64,000 nucleotides of DNA, taken from Eledone cirrhosa (taxonomy: Eukaryota). The DNA is taken from contig OZ024757.1 of assembly GCA_964016885.1 (NCBI GenBank), forward strand, positions 18,352,001-18,416,000. Reading direction: 5' to 3'. The notes under the pieces are model-generated. The model ran no database searches. It was not told the DNA's origin and saw only the letters and a program-made list of their open reading frames with translations. Below, piece after piece: positions 12,718 to 27,125 of this stretch (positions are counted from its first letter, which is position 1; each line of letters opens with the position of its first letter). A program made the translations under genes and the position numbers.

Positions 12718-12819
12718 AATAATTGTTTCTACGTTTGGTACAAGGCCAGCAATTATCCCAGTGCATTACTGGTACTTTATTTTATCGACCTCGTAAGGAT
12801 GAAAGGCAAAGTTAACCTC
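12718..12819 (-). mobile_element. SINE family 1, 3' half
   Basis: Core and tail match the other copies. Confidence 0.85.
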
Positions 12820-13019
12820 TTAATAACAATATTCGATGTTTTTGCAATTATGCAAACAGCCTCTTTAAGCTATGTGAGTAAAATGAGCCCCTCATTCTTG
12901 CTCTTGTGTTGGCATGTAAACACAAGAGCAAGAATGAGGGGCTCAAAACTCAGATTTCCATTTCTTGTATTCTTCCATGTAGAGCGATAAAACTATTTGT
13001 TTATATCCATATATATATA

Positions 13020-13916
13020 CGAGGTGTTTGTCAGAAAAGTTCCAGGACTGATGTCACAAAAGATTTATTTCAAACCCAAACTTCACACTAAGAGTTTTCT
13101 CCTTCAAAGTAATCCCCCTGGAGTCTAATGCACTTTTCCATCCTTTTCTACCACGCTTGCATGCACTCCTGGAAGGATTCTTCCGGGATCCTCCGCAGTT
13201 CCGTCGTCACGGCCTTTTTGATGTCGTCCACGTCTTCAAAACGGGTCCCCTCCGGGTCGTACTCGAAGATCCATGACTCATCACCGGTGATGACTGTCCC
13301 TAGCAAGTCTGGTTCGGTTTCAAGACGCTCGAGGATGTCCTGGCACACTTGCATGCGTCGACCCTTCTGGTCATCGTTCAGTAGTTTTGGCACCATCTTC
13401 GCGCAGACTTTCCGCATGTCCAAATCTTCAGTGAGAATCTTCCAGACGCTGTCCCGATTCATGCCCAGCTCATTTGCCATCAGTCGAACAGTCAGCCGAC
13501 GATCGCTACGTACCATCTGCCTGACGCGCTCAAAGTTGACCTCAGTCCTGGGTTGTTGAGGGCCTTCCACTCCTGGGGTCATCTTCCACATCCTCGCGTC
13601 CTTATTTAAACCTCTTGCACCACTCAGAAACACGTGAGCGTGACATCATCTCATCTCCATACACTTGCTGCAGCAATCCCAGTGCTTCTGACGGAGTTTT
13701 CAAGTTTGTACGTTGCTCTGTGCTCATTGCTTGACGACCTTAAACAGAGGACATGTATATAAAATTATGAAGAAAAAAGTTTGATCGCTGCAGAGCTAAG
13801 ATTACAGTTACATACTCCAGGGGGATTACTTTGAAGGAGAAAACTCTTAGTGTGAAGTTTGGGTTTGAAATAAATCTTATGTGACATCAGTCCTGGAACT
13901 TTTCTGACACACCTCG
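13020..13916 (-). mobile_element. Non-autonomous mariner (Tc1/mariner) element
   Basis: TA on both sides; about 104-bp terminal inverted repeats starting CGAGGTG; internal transposase remnant. Confidence 0.95.
13148..13633 (-). pseudogene. Internally deleted mariner transposase
   Basis: DRRLTVR, KVCAKMVPKLL (WVPxxL-like), ITGDESWIFEYDPE fused directly to GTRFEDVDDIK; second and third catalytic Asp regions absent. Confidence 0.92.
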
Positions 13917-14777
13917 TATGTATATATATATATATATATATCATGTGTTTAAATATGTACATCTGTATATATATAACTTTACACATATACACACATATAG
14001 GAGCCTTCTCACACACTCATATAGTTAAATCTATAATACATGTTTGTGAATCTATGTATATGTGGCTGTATGTTTGATTATGTGTGTGCTTGTGTGTGTT
14101 AATTTTTATATATGTGGGTGAAATTTTATGTGTGTGTGAAAGCTTATATATATATATATATATGTGTGTGTATGCTTATATATGTGTGTGAGTGTGGGGT
14201 AGAGAATGTTTAGGTAAGTGTATGTGTGAATGCGTGAGTGGATGTATGTGTGCGTGCACGTGTGTGAGTGTTTGTGGCTTGTATGTGTGTAAGTGTATGC
14301 GTGAGAGTGTGTGTGTATGAGTTCGTGCGTGTATGTGCCTGTGTAAGTGAGTATGTGTGCATGTGTAAATGAATGTAAGTGCAATTGTTTATTAGTGTGT
14401 GTGTCTATGTGTGTGAGTGCGTGTTGTAGAGAGAGAATGTGTGGGTGTGTGATTGAATGAGTGTGTGTGAGTATGTGCGTGTGCATGTTTATGTGTGTGA
14501 GTGTGTGTGTATGTGTGTAGATATGAGACTATTCACAGGAGAGTCTTGATAAAGATGAAGATTTGAATACCTTGAAAACACCTGTGAGGCGGTATCTGGA
14601 CATCCGCCTTTGATCTTGCCAGGTGTGTGATAAAGGAGAGAAGAAGGAAAAGAAATGTTCTTTTTCTTTGATAACTTTTAATTTCTTTCATTTTCTACTG
14701 TTTTTTTTTTATTTTGCTAATTTTTCATGCTTCTTCTTCTATTTTTATTTCTTTTTCTTCATCTGTGGATTGCTGCA

Positions 14778-14933
14778 CAGAGTTACATTCCTTTACGGTC
14801 TGACTTCAAATCCCGCCAAGGTTAACTTTGCCTTTCATCCTTACGAGGTCGAAGAAATAAAGTTGTACTGGGGGTGGGGGGGGGGGTAATTGCTGGCCTT
14901 GTGCCTAAAGTAGAAACAATTATTATTATTATT
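14778..14933 (+). mobile_element. SINE family 1, 5'-truncated
   Basis: B-box region, core and (TTA)n tail. Confidence 0.82.
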
Positions 14934-15660
14934 CGTCGACAAGAGTAGACGTGTTTGGAAGCTCCGTAAGTTATTGAATTTGTTTTTTTTTTATTTTATT
15001 TGTATTTGCTATTTTTTGTTGCTAAGAGGTCGTAAGACTTCTTTCTGTGTCCCGCGAAGGGAGGACTTTATAATATTTGCGCCTTTTGGCCCAAATATTT
15101 GAACTTCGTTAAAAACAATTTTAACAACATTTTTGTCGAGAAAAAAAACATGGCTGAGCCACGCCCCCAACTTTAAATCTGTTGTCGTGTGACAGAGGCT
15201 TAAATGTTGAGGGGAGGAATACAGCAAACAATGAACACAATGGTAAAAATAATATTTATTACACACATATTTAGCAACAACAAATTTAACAACACCACCA
15301 CAAACAACAACAACACCACCACCACAAACACCACCATTATTATTCGTCGGCAAGAGTAGACATGTGTTTGGAAGCTCCGTGAGTGACTGAATTTATTGTT
15401 TTTTTTATTTGTATTTGCTATTTTTTGTTGCTAAGAGGTCGTAAGACTTCCTTCTGGGTCCCGCGAAGGGAGGACTTTATAATATTTGCGCCTTTTGGCC
15501 CAAATATTTGAACTTCGTTAAAAATAATTTTAACAAAATTTTTGTCGAGAAAAAAAATATAGCTGAGCCACGCCACCAACTTTAAATCTGTTGTCGTGTG
15601 ACAGCGGCTTAAACAACGAACACAATTGTAAAAATAATATCTATTACACACATATTTAGC
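14931..15660 (+). repeat. Diverged tandem pair of a 320-410 bp unit (putative LINE 5' end)
   Basis: Both copies start attcgtcg(a/g)caagagtagac (14931, 15342) and run into AAC/ACC repeats. Confidence 0.88.
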
Positions 15661-18600
15661 AACAACACCACCACAAACAACACCACCACAGACAACACCA
15701 CCACAAACAACACCACCACAGACAACACCACCACAAACAACACCACCACAGACAACACCACCACAAACAACACCACCACAGACAACACCACCACAAACAA
15801 CACCACCACAGACAAAACCACCACAAACAACACCACCACAGACAACACCACCACAAACAACACCACCACAGACAACACCACCACAGACAACACCACCACA
15901 AACAACACTACCACAGACAACACCACCACAGACAACACCACCACAAAAAACACTACCACAGACAACACCACCACAGACAACACCACCACAAACAACACCA
16001 CCACAGACAACACCACCACAAACAACACCACCACAGACAACACCACCACAAACAACACCACCACAGACAACACCACCACAAACAACACCACCACAGACAA
16101 CACCACCACAAACAACACCACCACAGACAACACCACCACAAACAACACCACCACAGACAACACCACCACAAACAACACCACCACAAACAACACCACCACA
16201 GACAACACCACCACAGACAACACCACCACAGACAACACCACCACAAACAACACTACCACAGACAACACCACCACAGACAACACCACCACAGACAACACCA
16301 CCACAAAAAACACTACCACAGACAACACCACCACAGACAACACCACCACAGACAACACCACCACAGACAACACCACCACAGACAACACCACCACAGACAA
16401 CACCACCACAAACAACACCACCACAGACAACACCACCACAGACAACACCACCACAGACAACACCACCACAGACAACACCACCACAGACAACACCACCACA
16501 AACAACACTACCACAGACAACACCACCACAGACAACACCACCACAAACAACACCACCACAGACAACACCACCACAGACAACACCACCACAGACAACACCA
16601 CCACAGACAACACCACCACAGACAACACCACCACAGACAACACCACCACAAACAACACCACCACAAACAACACCACCACAGACAACACCACCACAAACAA
16701 CACCACCACAGACAACACCACCACAGACAACACCACCACAAACAACACTACCACAAACAACACTACCACAGACAACACCACCACAGACAACACCACCACA
16801 AACACCACCACCACCACAGACAACACCATCACAAACAACACCACCACAGACAACACTACCACAAACAACACTACCACAGACAACACCACCACAAACACCA
16901 CCACCACCACAGACAACACCACCACAAACAACACTACCACAGACAACACCACCACAGACAACACCACCACAGACAACACCACCACAGACAACACTACCAC
17001 AAACAACACCACCACAGACAACACCACCACAAACAACACCACCACAGACAACACTACCACAAACAACACCACCACAAACAACACCACCACAAACAACACC
17101 ACCACAGACAACACTACCACAGACAACACCACCACAGACAACACTACCACAGACAACACTACCACAAACAACACCACCACAGACAACACTACCACAAACA
17201 ACACCACCACAGACAACACTACCACAGACAACACTACCACAAACAACACCACCACAGACAACACTACCACAAACAACACCACCACAGACAACACTACCAC
17301 AAACAACACCACCACAGACAACACTACCACAGACAACACTACCACAGACAACACCACCACAGACAACACTACCACAGACAACACCACCACAGACAACACT
17401 ACCACAAACAACACTACCACAAACAACACCACCACAAACAACACCACCACCACAGACAACACCACCACAGACAACACTACCACAGACAACACCACCACAG
17501 ACAACACCACCACAGACAACACTACCACAAACAACACCACCACAAACACCACCACCACCACAGACAACACCACCACAGACAACACTACCACAAACAACAC
17601 CACCACAAACAACACCACCACAGACAACACCACCACAAACAACACCACCACAGACAACACCACCACAAACAACACCACCACAGACAACACCACCACAGAC
17701 AACACCACCACAGACAACACCACCACAGACAACACCACCACAAACAACACCACCACAAACAACACCACCACAGACAACACCACCACAGACAACACTACCA
17801 CAGACAACACCACCACAAACAACACCACCACAGACAACACCACCACAAACACCACCACCACCACCACAGACAACACCACCACAAACAACACCACCACAAA
17901 CAACACCACCACAGACAACACTACCACAGACAACACCACCACAGACAACACCACCACAAACAACACTACCACAGACAACACCACCACAAACACCACCACC
18001 ACCACAGACAACACCACCACAAACACCACCACCACCACAGACAACACCACCACAAACAACACTACCACAGACAACACCACCACAGACAACACCACCACAG
18101 ACAACACCACCACAGACAACACTACCACAAACAACACCACCACAGAGAACACCACCACAAACAACACCACCACAGACAACACTACCACAAACAACACCAC
18201 CACAAACAACACCACCACAAACAACACCACCACAAACAACACCACCACAGACAACACTACCACAGACAACACCACCACAGACAACACTACCACAGACAAC
18301 ACTACCACAAACAACACCACCACAGACAACACTACCACAAACAACACCACCACAGACAACACTACCACAGACAACACTACCACAAACAACACCACCACAG
18401 ACAACACTACCACAAACAACACCACCACAGACAACACTACCACAGACAACACTACCACAAACAACACCACCACAGACAACACTACCACAGACAACACCAC
18501 CACAGACAACACTACCACAAACAACACCACCACAAACAACACCACCACCACAGACAACACCACCACAGACAACACTACCACAGACAACACCACCACAGAC

Positions 18601-19743
18601 AACACCACCACAGACAACACTACCACAGACAACACCACCACAGACAACACCACCACAGACAATACTACCACAAACAACACCACCACAAACACCACCACCA
18701 CCACAGACAACACCACCACAGACAACACTACCACAAACAACACCACCACAAACAACACCACCACAGACAACACCACCACAGACAACACCACCACAGACAA
18801 CACCACCACAGACAACACCACCACAGACAACACCACCACAAACAACACCACCACAAACAACACCACCACAAACAACACCACCACAGACAACACCACCACA
18901 GACAACACTACCACAAACAACACCACCACAAACAACACCACCACAAACAACACCACCACAGACAACACCACCACAAACACCACCACCACCACAGACAACA
19001 CCACCACAAACACCACCACAAACAACACCACCACAGACAACACCACCACAAACAACACCACCACAAACACCACCACCACCACAGACAACACCACCACAAA
19101 CAACACCACCACAAACAACACTACCACAGACAACACCACCACAAACACCACCACCACCACAAACAACACCACCACAAACAACACCACCACAAACACCAAC
19201 ACCACCACAGACAACACCACCACAAACAACACCACCACAAACAACACTACCACAGACAACACCACCACAAACACCACCACCACCACAAACACCAACACCA
19301 CCACAAACACCAACACCACCACAGACAACACCACCACAGACAACACCACCACAGACAACACCACCACAGACAACACCACCACAGACAACACCACCACAGA
19401 CAACACCACCACAGACAACACCACCACAAACAACACCACCACAAACAACACTACCACAGACAACACCACGACAAACACCACCACCACCACAAACAACACC
19501 ACCACAAACACCACCACCACCACAGACAACACCACCACAAACAACACTACCACAAACACCACCACCACCACAGACAACACCACCACAAACAACACTACCA
19601 CAGACAACACCACCACAAACAACACTACCACAGACAACACCACCACCACAAACAACACCACAAACAACACCACCACAAACACCACCACCACAAACAACAC
19701 CACCACCACAAACAACACCAACAGCGACAACACCAACAACAAC
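15659..19743 (+). repeat. 4.1-kb 15-bp minisatellite ACA(G/A)ACAACAC(C/T)ACC
   Basis: About 270 units; length variants are multiples of 3; reads (TTT[D/N]N)n on +. Confidence 0.97.
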
Positions 19744-20963
19744 AAAAAGAAAATCTCTTTCGCTGCCGCAGCAGCCAAGAAGAGGCTATGTTTTAGCATG
19801 GACCTGACGGACAAGGGAAAAAAGTTGCCTCAGGCATGGAAGCTCATCAAACAGGAGCAAACCTGGGCCAACTTAACTGTCCCGGTAGAGGCCATAAAAG
19901 CGATGGGGAGGATAAGTCTCGTCTTTAGATACATCTCAGCTGAGACAAAAAAAAAAAAAACTACCAACACTCCCCAAGCAGACGTTGAGGCTGCACTGAG
20001 ATACATCAGAGACGATGCAGAATACTTAATGAGGGGCAGACAATACGGCACCATCTGGTTTGTTTAAGTCAGATGCCCTTGATTTGAAGCACGCGATGAC
20101 CCCTTGCAAAACCAGCAAGGTTATAATGTACCCCTCCCACATGTGAAAAAGAAAAGAGTCCGCATTCCCAGGATTCCACCAGGAGTAGATATGTGGTGGC
20201 TCTTGGAATGCGTGATTGTGGAGGGGGCCAGATGCTGTCCCGATAGAAGTAACTAGAACAGCCACAGAGGACTGGTCCGGGGTTGATCTGGAGATACTTT
20301 TCCAAATCAAATCTGAAGAACTAAGGAAAATCCCGGAGCAGATTCGTCTCCAAATTCGGCTCTGCGAGTAATGTCTGGGGGCAAAAGACCGCACTGTTTC
20401 GGCGAAGCAACTCACTTGCGAGCCTTCTGCACTCAACTATTAAAAAATGCAAGGTGGCGAAGGTCTTCACTGCTGCCAATGCTGGGGTGAGGATCACCAC
20501 CAAAACCAGCACCGGCAACACCACCACCAGCAGCACAAGCGGAAAAGCCACCAACAACTTTGCCCCTCCCCCCCCCCAATCATAAACGCACACACACACA
20601 CTTACAGCCACAGACCCCTCATCTTCCAGTAGTGAAGATGAGGGAAAACCCGAAATCAGCAAAAAAAAAAAAAAAAAAAAAAGAAAACGCACAAAGAAAA
20701 AAACTCCAAAAAGCACAAAAACACCGACTACAAAAAATGCAGACACCACCCACGCAAACACTTCCCCAACAACACCAAAACAACCACCACCACCACCACC
20801 ACCATCATCATCACCACACTCCCTCAAACGCAAACAACCTAAACAGAGAAAAGAACAAAGAAACACACAGACATCTGAAATCGCAGACACCGCACCCGCA
20901 ACAAACACAAACAGACCCGAAACAACACCAACGAAACCATCACCACCACAGTCATCCAAATGA
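19741..20963 (+). pseudogene. Tx1-like ORF1 remnant
   Basis: KKKISFAAAAAKK..YLMRGRQYGTIWFV; RPHCFGEATHLRAFC near 20387-20431 (broken CCHC knuckle); K/T/P-rich tail; frameshifted. Confidence 0.65.
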
Positions 20964-21320
20964 AAACAAATAAAACCACACCAACAAGACATACAAAACT
21001 TCGTGCTAGTCAGAAGGGCCAACGAGGAATTGATGGCCCTCGTAGCACGAAGTGAATAATTCAAACAGAGGGGAGATTTTTTAATCAAGCACAGTTCGCG
21101 TACCAGAAGATTTGTTACTGGTACGAATGTCGCTCGACTCCTACAGCGGAATTAGAGAACGCTTTCCTCGGGACACGGGAACCCCGAACATGAAACCCAC
21201 ATCGAGACTTTTAAAGGGATTTCCAAAAGAAATCCCACCAACTATGGAGTTTGAAGCACCCGACCTCCACAAGACTCCGAGAGTCAAGTAAACCTTTCCT
21301 CTCTCTTTTAGCCTGCCAAC

Positions 21321-24200
21321 ATGGCTATAGTAAGAGTAGTATATTTAAATGTTCGTGTCCTGGGGTTGCCCTGAAAGCGGGGTAACCTTCTCAACGTCTT
21401 TTGTTATAGATGTGATTGCCGTAAGCGTGTCCAGGATTTCTGACATGCGTGCACTAGCCCACATCGACGACTATCAGAACTTAGCATCTGTTAGTCGGCC
21501 GGGAATGGGAGGTAGGGTGGCAGAGCTGTTAAGGAAGGGTCGACCTTCCGGGACCTGGACGATAAGTTGGTGGTCCTAAACCTGAACAATAGCGAAGGTG
21601 GTGCCATTAAACAGGTGGCTGTCTACGCTCTCACTGGGGCCGAATGACCGGACTTCTTTAGGCGCCTGGAAGCCTTTCTGGGAACTTCTCGCCCTTTACT
21701 GTTAGTGAGGGACTGGAACGGCATCTTAGACGCACGCTGGGATTGAGTGCGAAAAGCTGACAGGAGTGGGGTGTGCAAAAGCCTCAAGTACCAGATCAGC
21801 CAGTTTCAACTGTCTGACAGGTACCGACTAGATTTCCCTAATGCGCCAGTGTGGACCTGGACTAACCGCATAGGGTCATCTAGATCGTATATAGACAGGA
21901 TTTTCATTAGGAAAATAGACAGAAATAGTGTAGGCTGTTCACGTTTTAAAACGGTCGCCTATTCAGAATACAATTTTGTGATCTGTATGGTCCACGTAGT
22001 TAAGACGCGTAGGTTAGGACCTGGTTACTGGAAGCTGAACATGTCGTTATCGGCACGTAAGGCTTACAGGAACCGGGTTATCAATTTAGTTAAGCAAAAG
22101 TTGACTGGAGGGGGGGGGGTTCTCTCAAAAGAGAAATTAGAGTAATTTCGATAGGGTTTAACAAAGAAGTAGCGTTAGAGAAAAATAAAAAGGCGGGTAG
22201 TTGGTAAATAAGTTAGACGAGGCTATTTGTAGTGGCATTGCAACGGACGTGCTAGCGGCGAGAATTGCATAAGACCATTTCTTCAAAGCGAAACACGAAG
22301 GTTGCATTGTCAGAGCTAAGGCGCATGCTCTGAGAAACGAGGGAACCAAAGCTGTTCGATGGGCCCTCGTGGCGGAGGTGCAGCATGGTAACAAAATCAC
22401 AATTCGGTCTTTGACTGACCAAGACAGAGGCGTGCTGAGCGATTCTAGGCAGATGTTTGAGGCCTTTCGCCAGCACTTTTCTCGACTGTTTGGGGGACAT
22501 GGAGGGCCGGAAACGGTGGCAGACTTCAGTCGCTACTTCTCGCCGGCCTGCCGCGTTTCTCGTTGGCCGATGCTGGGTGCTGTGAAAAGCTGATAACTTC
22601 AGTCGAAATTCAGGATGCCCTAGCATACATCATAGAGGGGGGTAGGGTATAAACCTTACTTCTGTGGGGCTCTGATCAATTTAGATGAGTCGAAAGTTTT
22701 CTATACGGTCTACCATGATTACCTGCAGGCTACCCACAAGGCAGCTGGCTTCGGCCCCGTCTTCAGAGGCTGGATTGTTGCAATACACAACGGCATCTGC
22801 TCGGTGTTGAAAGTTAATGGACACCTTTGGGTACCGTTTCAGATCTCTCTATTGGTGCATCAAGGGTGCCCTCTCTCCTACCTTCTGCTCGTATTGACTC
22901 TCGAGCCTTTACTGCAGAAGCTGGAGCTGTTGCAGGGCATCCCTCTCGAACCGGGACGCAAAAGTTCTGTGTCGGCATATGCGGACGACATCACTGTGAT
23001 GGTGTCGGACACCTCAGAAATCGAGGTCGTCGGCACATTATTGGAGGAATATGAAAGGTTAACCCGGAAAAGTCGGTGGGCATGCAGCTCGGCACCTGGA
23101 GAGGCAAGTCCACCCCGTCCAACAGCACCGTAGGTTGTTGGACGGACGGACCGGTAAAGTTGCTCTGGGTTTCGTTCGGACCAGACTTCCAGGTGGTAAC
23201 ATTTGTGACGAGGTGACGATCAGGGTAGCCGCTCTCACCTAGAAATGGGCCTACAAGAAGGTGTCTCTTAAAGGTCGGGCGGAAGTTGCGAACGTGTACA
23301 TTGCGTCCGTCATCTACTACCATCTGACCGTTGTGCCTTGCCACCGTTCGCGCCTCGCCAATTGGAATTGCTCCTCTTCAAATGTGGAAGGGACAGGTTC
23401 CGTTGGTAAGGCGGTCCATCTGCTGCCAGCACCCTCTACGTGGAGGGCTGGGCATACCAAGGCTAAGTATCAGCAGACATGCGCTGAGGCTGCGGCATCT
23501 CCAGATATTCTGCCTAAACAGTGAACAGGTGTGGTCGCAGTTTGTCAATCGGGCCTTTCCGCAGCTCGTCTCTTTGACTGAGCTGCGGTCTTGGGTTAAG
23601 AAGAGACCGAGACTGGGTGACTGGCATCTGGAATGTTGCCAGACACTCATTGCCCTCTACCTGGAGGACAATGTGACCAGTGGAACTTCCACTCTCGAGT
23701 TCTATAGAGGATCAGTTGTGGGCAAGTGCGATGACGCACACGGAGAAGGTCCGGGTGTCGGCGAAGTCTAACTGACCAGTCTGTTCCCGAGGACTTTAGA
23801 GCAGAGGGCGATGGTTAACTTCCAGAAATTCTTCGCTTGTCAGTGTTGCCGGGGGGGCACTGCCAATTTGAGATAAACTGTACAGACATGGAACTGCTGT
23901 CAGACGAACCTGCCCGAGATGTGCGCAGAGCGACGAAACCGTTCTGCTAGCACTCGTCCAGTCTCCGTGCATTACTGACTTGTGGAGATATGTCGAACAG
24001 CTGTTGTCGCGTGTAGAACCAATCCGGCTATCAGCCGAGGCCATAGTGAAGATCGACCCGCCGCCTTCTTTTTGATCAGGAAAGGCAGGCAATTTTTCTC
24101 TGTCTGGTGGTGAAAGAGGTTGTATGGTGAACCAGGCTGAAAGGACTGAAGACAGACACTTTTCTCTTCGGCCAATCCCTAATCAGCCTTTTCAAGTTTC
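21321..24200 (+). pseudogene. Tx1-like ORF2 remnant (APE endonuclease plus reverse transcriptase)
   Basis: YLNVRVL, VYA, DWNGILD, WTWTN..SYIDRIF, GPGYWKLN, QGCPLS, AYADDITV, SLKGRAEV, GGLGIP, CPRC..DET; many stops and frameshifts, deletion near 22620-22660. Confidence 0.92.
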
Positions 24201-24432
24201 ACGGTGTTGGTGGCTCCAGTTGTGACGGCTACGTAGAAGCTCATTATGTCGTTGAGAGTGTCATGTCGGCAGAACTGGCCTGAACTCTGGGAGGGGGGGG
24301 GGACATAACAATGGGTGCAGGCCGAAATCAGCTCTGTGATAATGACGTTTCTGTGATTCACGGAGATGGACATTACATATATCACAATACTTCGTATTAA
24401 ATATAACATCATCTCTTTCAATGCTTTCTCAA

Positions 24433-24795
24433 CAGACATGTCTACTTGTCTACATCTCTACATGTCTACATCTCTACATGTAGACATGTAGTCATATCTG
24501 CATCTCTACATGTCTACGTTTCAACGTGTAGACATGTAGTCATATCTGCATCTCTACATGTCTACATCTTAACATGTAGACATGTAGACATGTAGTCATA
24601 TCTGCATCTCTACAACTCTACATGTCTACATCTCAACATGTAGACATGTAGTCATATCTGCATATCTACATCTCTACATGTCTACATCTCAACATGTAGA
24701 CATGTAGTCATATCTGCATCTCTACATGTCTAAATCGCTACATATCTACATGTAGACATGTAGTCATATCTGCATCTCTACATATCTACATGTCT
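24433..24795. repeat. ACATGT-rich minisatellite
   Basis: Recurrent tgtagacatgtagtcatatctgcatctctacatgtctaca units of about 45-55 bp, internally self-complementary. Confidence 0.9.
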
Positions 24796-24797
24796 AT

Positions 24798-26400
24798 AAC
24801 ACCACTACCAACACCACTACAACAACATTACCACCGCTACCAACACCACTACAAACACTGCCACTACCAACACCAGTAACAACACCACCACCACCACCAC
24901 TAGCAATACTACTACCAATACCACCACTACCAACACCACTATCAACACCACTAACAACACCACCACCAGCAACACCACTACAAACACCACCACTACCAAC
25001 ACCACTACCTACACAACTACTACCAACACCACTACCAACAACACCACCACCACTACCAACAACACCACCACTACCAACAGCACTACCAACACCACTACCA
25101 ACACCACCACTACAAACACCACTACCAACAACACCACCACTACCAACACCACCACAACCAACAACACCACCACTACCAACAGCACTACCAACACCACCAC
25201 TACCAACAGCACTACCAACACCACCACTACCAACAGCACTACCAACACCACCACTACCAACACCACCACTACAAACACCACTACCAACAACACCACCACT
25301 ACCAACACCACCACTACAAACACCACTACCAACAATACCACCACTACCAACACCACCACTACCAACAGCACTACCAACACCACCACTACCAACACCACTA
25401 CCAACACCACCACTACCAACAACACCACCACTACCAACAGCACTACCAACACCACTACCAACACCACCACCACTAGTACCAACACCACTACCAACACCAC
25501 CACCACTACCAACACCACTACCAACTCTAACCACTACCAACACCACTACCAACACCACCACTACCAACACCACTACCAACACCACTACCAACACTACCAC
25601 TACCGACACCACTACCAACACCACCACCACCAGCACCACTACCAACACCACTACCAGCACCACTACCAGCACCACCACCAACACCACCACTACCAGCAAC
25701 ACTACCAACACCACTAACAACAACACCACCACTAAAACAATATCACCAGCAATAACAACAACACTAACATCATCAACACCACTACCACCACTACCACTCC
25801 CACCACCACCACCAACAACAACAACAACTATCAGAACAGCAGAGATGAAGAGATACATATGTGAAGCGGGTTTAAGAGAAATAAAACACTACCACCACAA
25901 CAACAACACCACTACTACCCACTATCACCACCCTCTATCACCACCACAACTCCACCAATACCTCCACCACAACTCCACCAATACCACCACCACAACTCCA
26001 CCAGTACCAGCACCACCAGCACCACTACCACCACCACCAGTACCACCACCACCACTACTACCACCACCACAACCACCACCACAACCACCACTACCACCAC
26101 CACCTCCACCACCACCAGCACCACCAGCACCACTACCGCCACCACCACTACTACCACCACCACTACTACCACCACCACTACCACCACAACCAGCACCACC
26201 ACCAGTACCCCCCCCCCCCCCCCCACCATCACTACCCCACCACCACCACCACCACTACCACCCCACCACCACCACCACCACTACCACCCCACCACCACCA
26301 CCACCACTACCACCACCACCACACCACAACCAGTACCACCACCAGTAACCCCCCCCCCCTACACCACTACCCCACCACCACCACTACACCCCCACCACTA
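24798..26400. repeat. ACC/ACT/AAC trinucleotide-derived low-complexity array
   Basis: Directly visible; the direct repeat atgtgaag..tttaagagaaataaaa at about 25859 and 26402 brackets the second block. Confidence 0.92.
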
Positions 26401-26884
26401 AATGTGAAGAGGATTTAAGAGAAATAAAAGTTTGTTTTTTAAGATATTTTTTTTTTTACTTCATGTGAGAAAAATAAAAGAATTCCAACAAACGACTTCT
26501 TATCAAAGATTTTCTTTCTTTTCAAACTCATTCTCTCTTTTACTGCTGCTAATTGGCTAATGTCGGCTTTTTAAATATTTCTTTATATTGGTAAAAAGCA
26601 GGAGGGAGGGAGAGGAGCGAGAGGGAGGTGGGAGGGAGGGATGACAGAGCTGGTCTGCACTTGTTAAGAATTGTGAATGACTTCTTTCAATAAGAGAGGA
26701 TAATATCTTGTTGTAAGGTGGTATATAAAGAATTCTACTTCCTCTTCCTCTCCAGAATAGGAGTGTGGGGGCGGGGGGGGGGGGGGATTATTATTTTCAT
26801 TTATAATTTACTAAACAATATTTCCACTGCTAAATACTTCCCACCTTCATTCCACCCGTCCAAGCTATGTACTATCACCCCATC

Positions 26885-27125
26885 ACTCCTCCGCCATATT
26901 CTCTATATTATCTCCCATCCTGCTCTCCTCCGCCATATTGTCTGTGTTATCCCCCACCCACCCCTCCTATCCTCCGCCATCTCCTCTATCTTATAACCCC
27001 CACCCACCCTCCTCTACTCCGCCATATTCTCTATATTATCCCCCACCCTCCTCTCCTCCGCCATATTGTCTGTGTTATCCTCCACCACCACCACCACCCT
27101 CCTATCCTCCACCTTATCCTCTGTG
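26885..27125. repeat. Degenerate ~40-bp tandem (ctccgccatatt..tatc)
   Basis: About 6 related units. Confidence 0.75.

Larger units (their letters stand above)
15342..24300 (+). mobile_element. Decayed Tx1-like (L1 clade) non-LTR retrotransposon
   Basis: ORF1 remnant with degenerate zinc knuckle, followed by APE, RT and C-terminal Cys motifs; boundaries approximate. Confidence 0.8.

Noticed and set aside
14539-14622. AG/GT-bounded 84-bp possible exon
   Set aside because: Stop codons in all three frames and a weak acceptor
15609-19814. 1401-aa Val-rich minus-strand ORF and WWCCL ORFs
   Set aside because: Antisense readings of the 15-bp minisatellite; the informative frame is on +
24794-26348. 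Gly/Val-rich and Pro-rich ORFs (fibroin- or formin-like)
   Set aside because: Trinucleotide low complexity, with no domain or splice support
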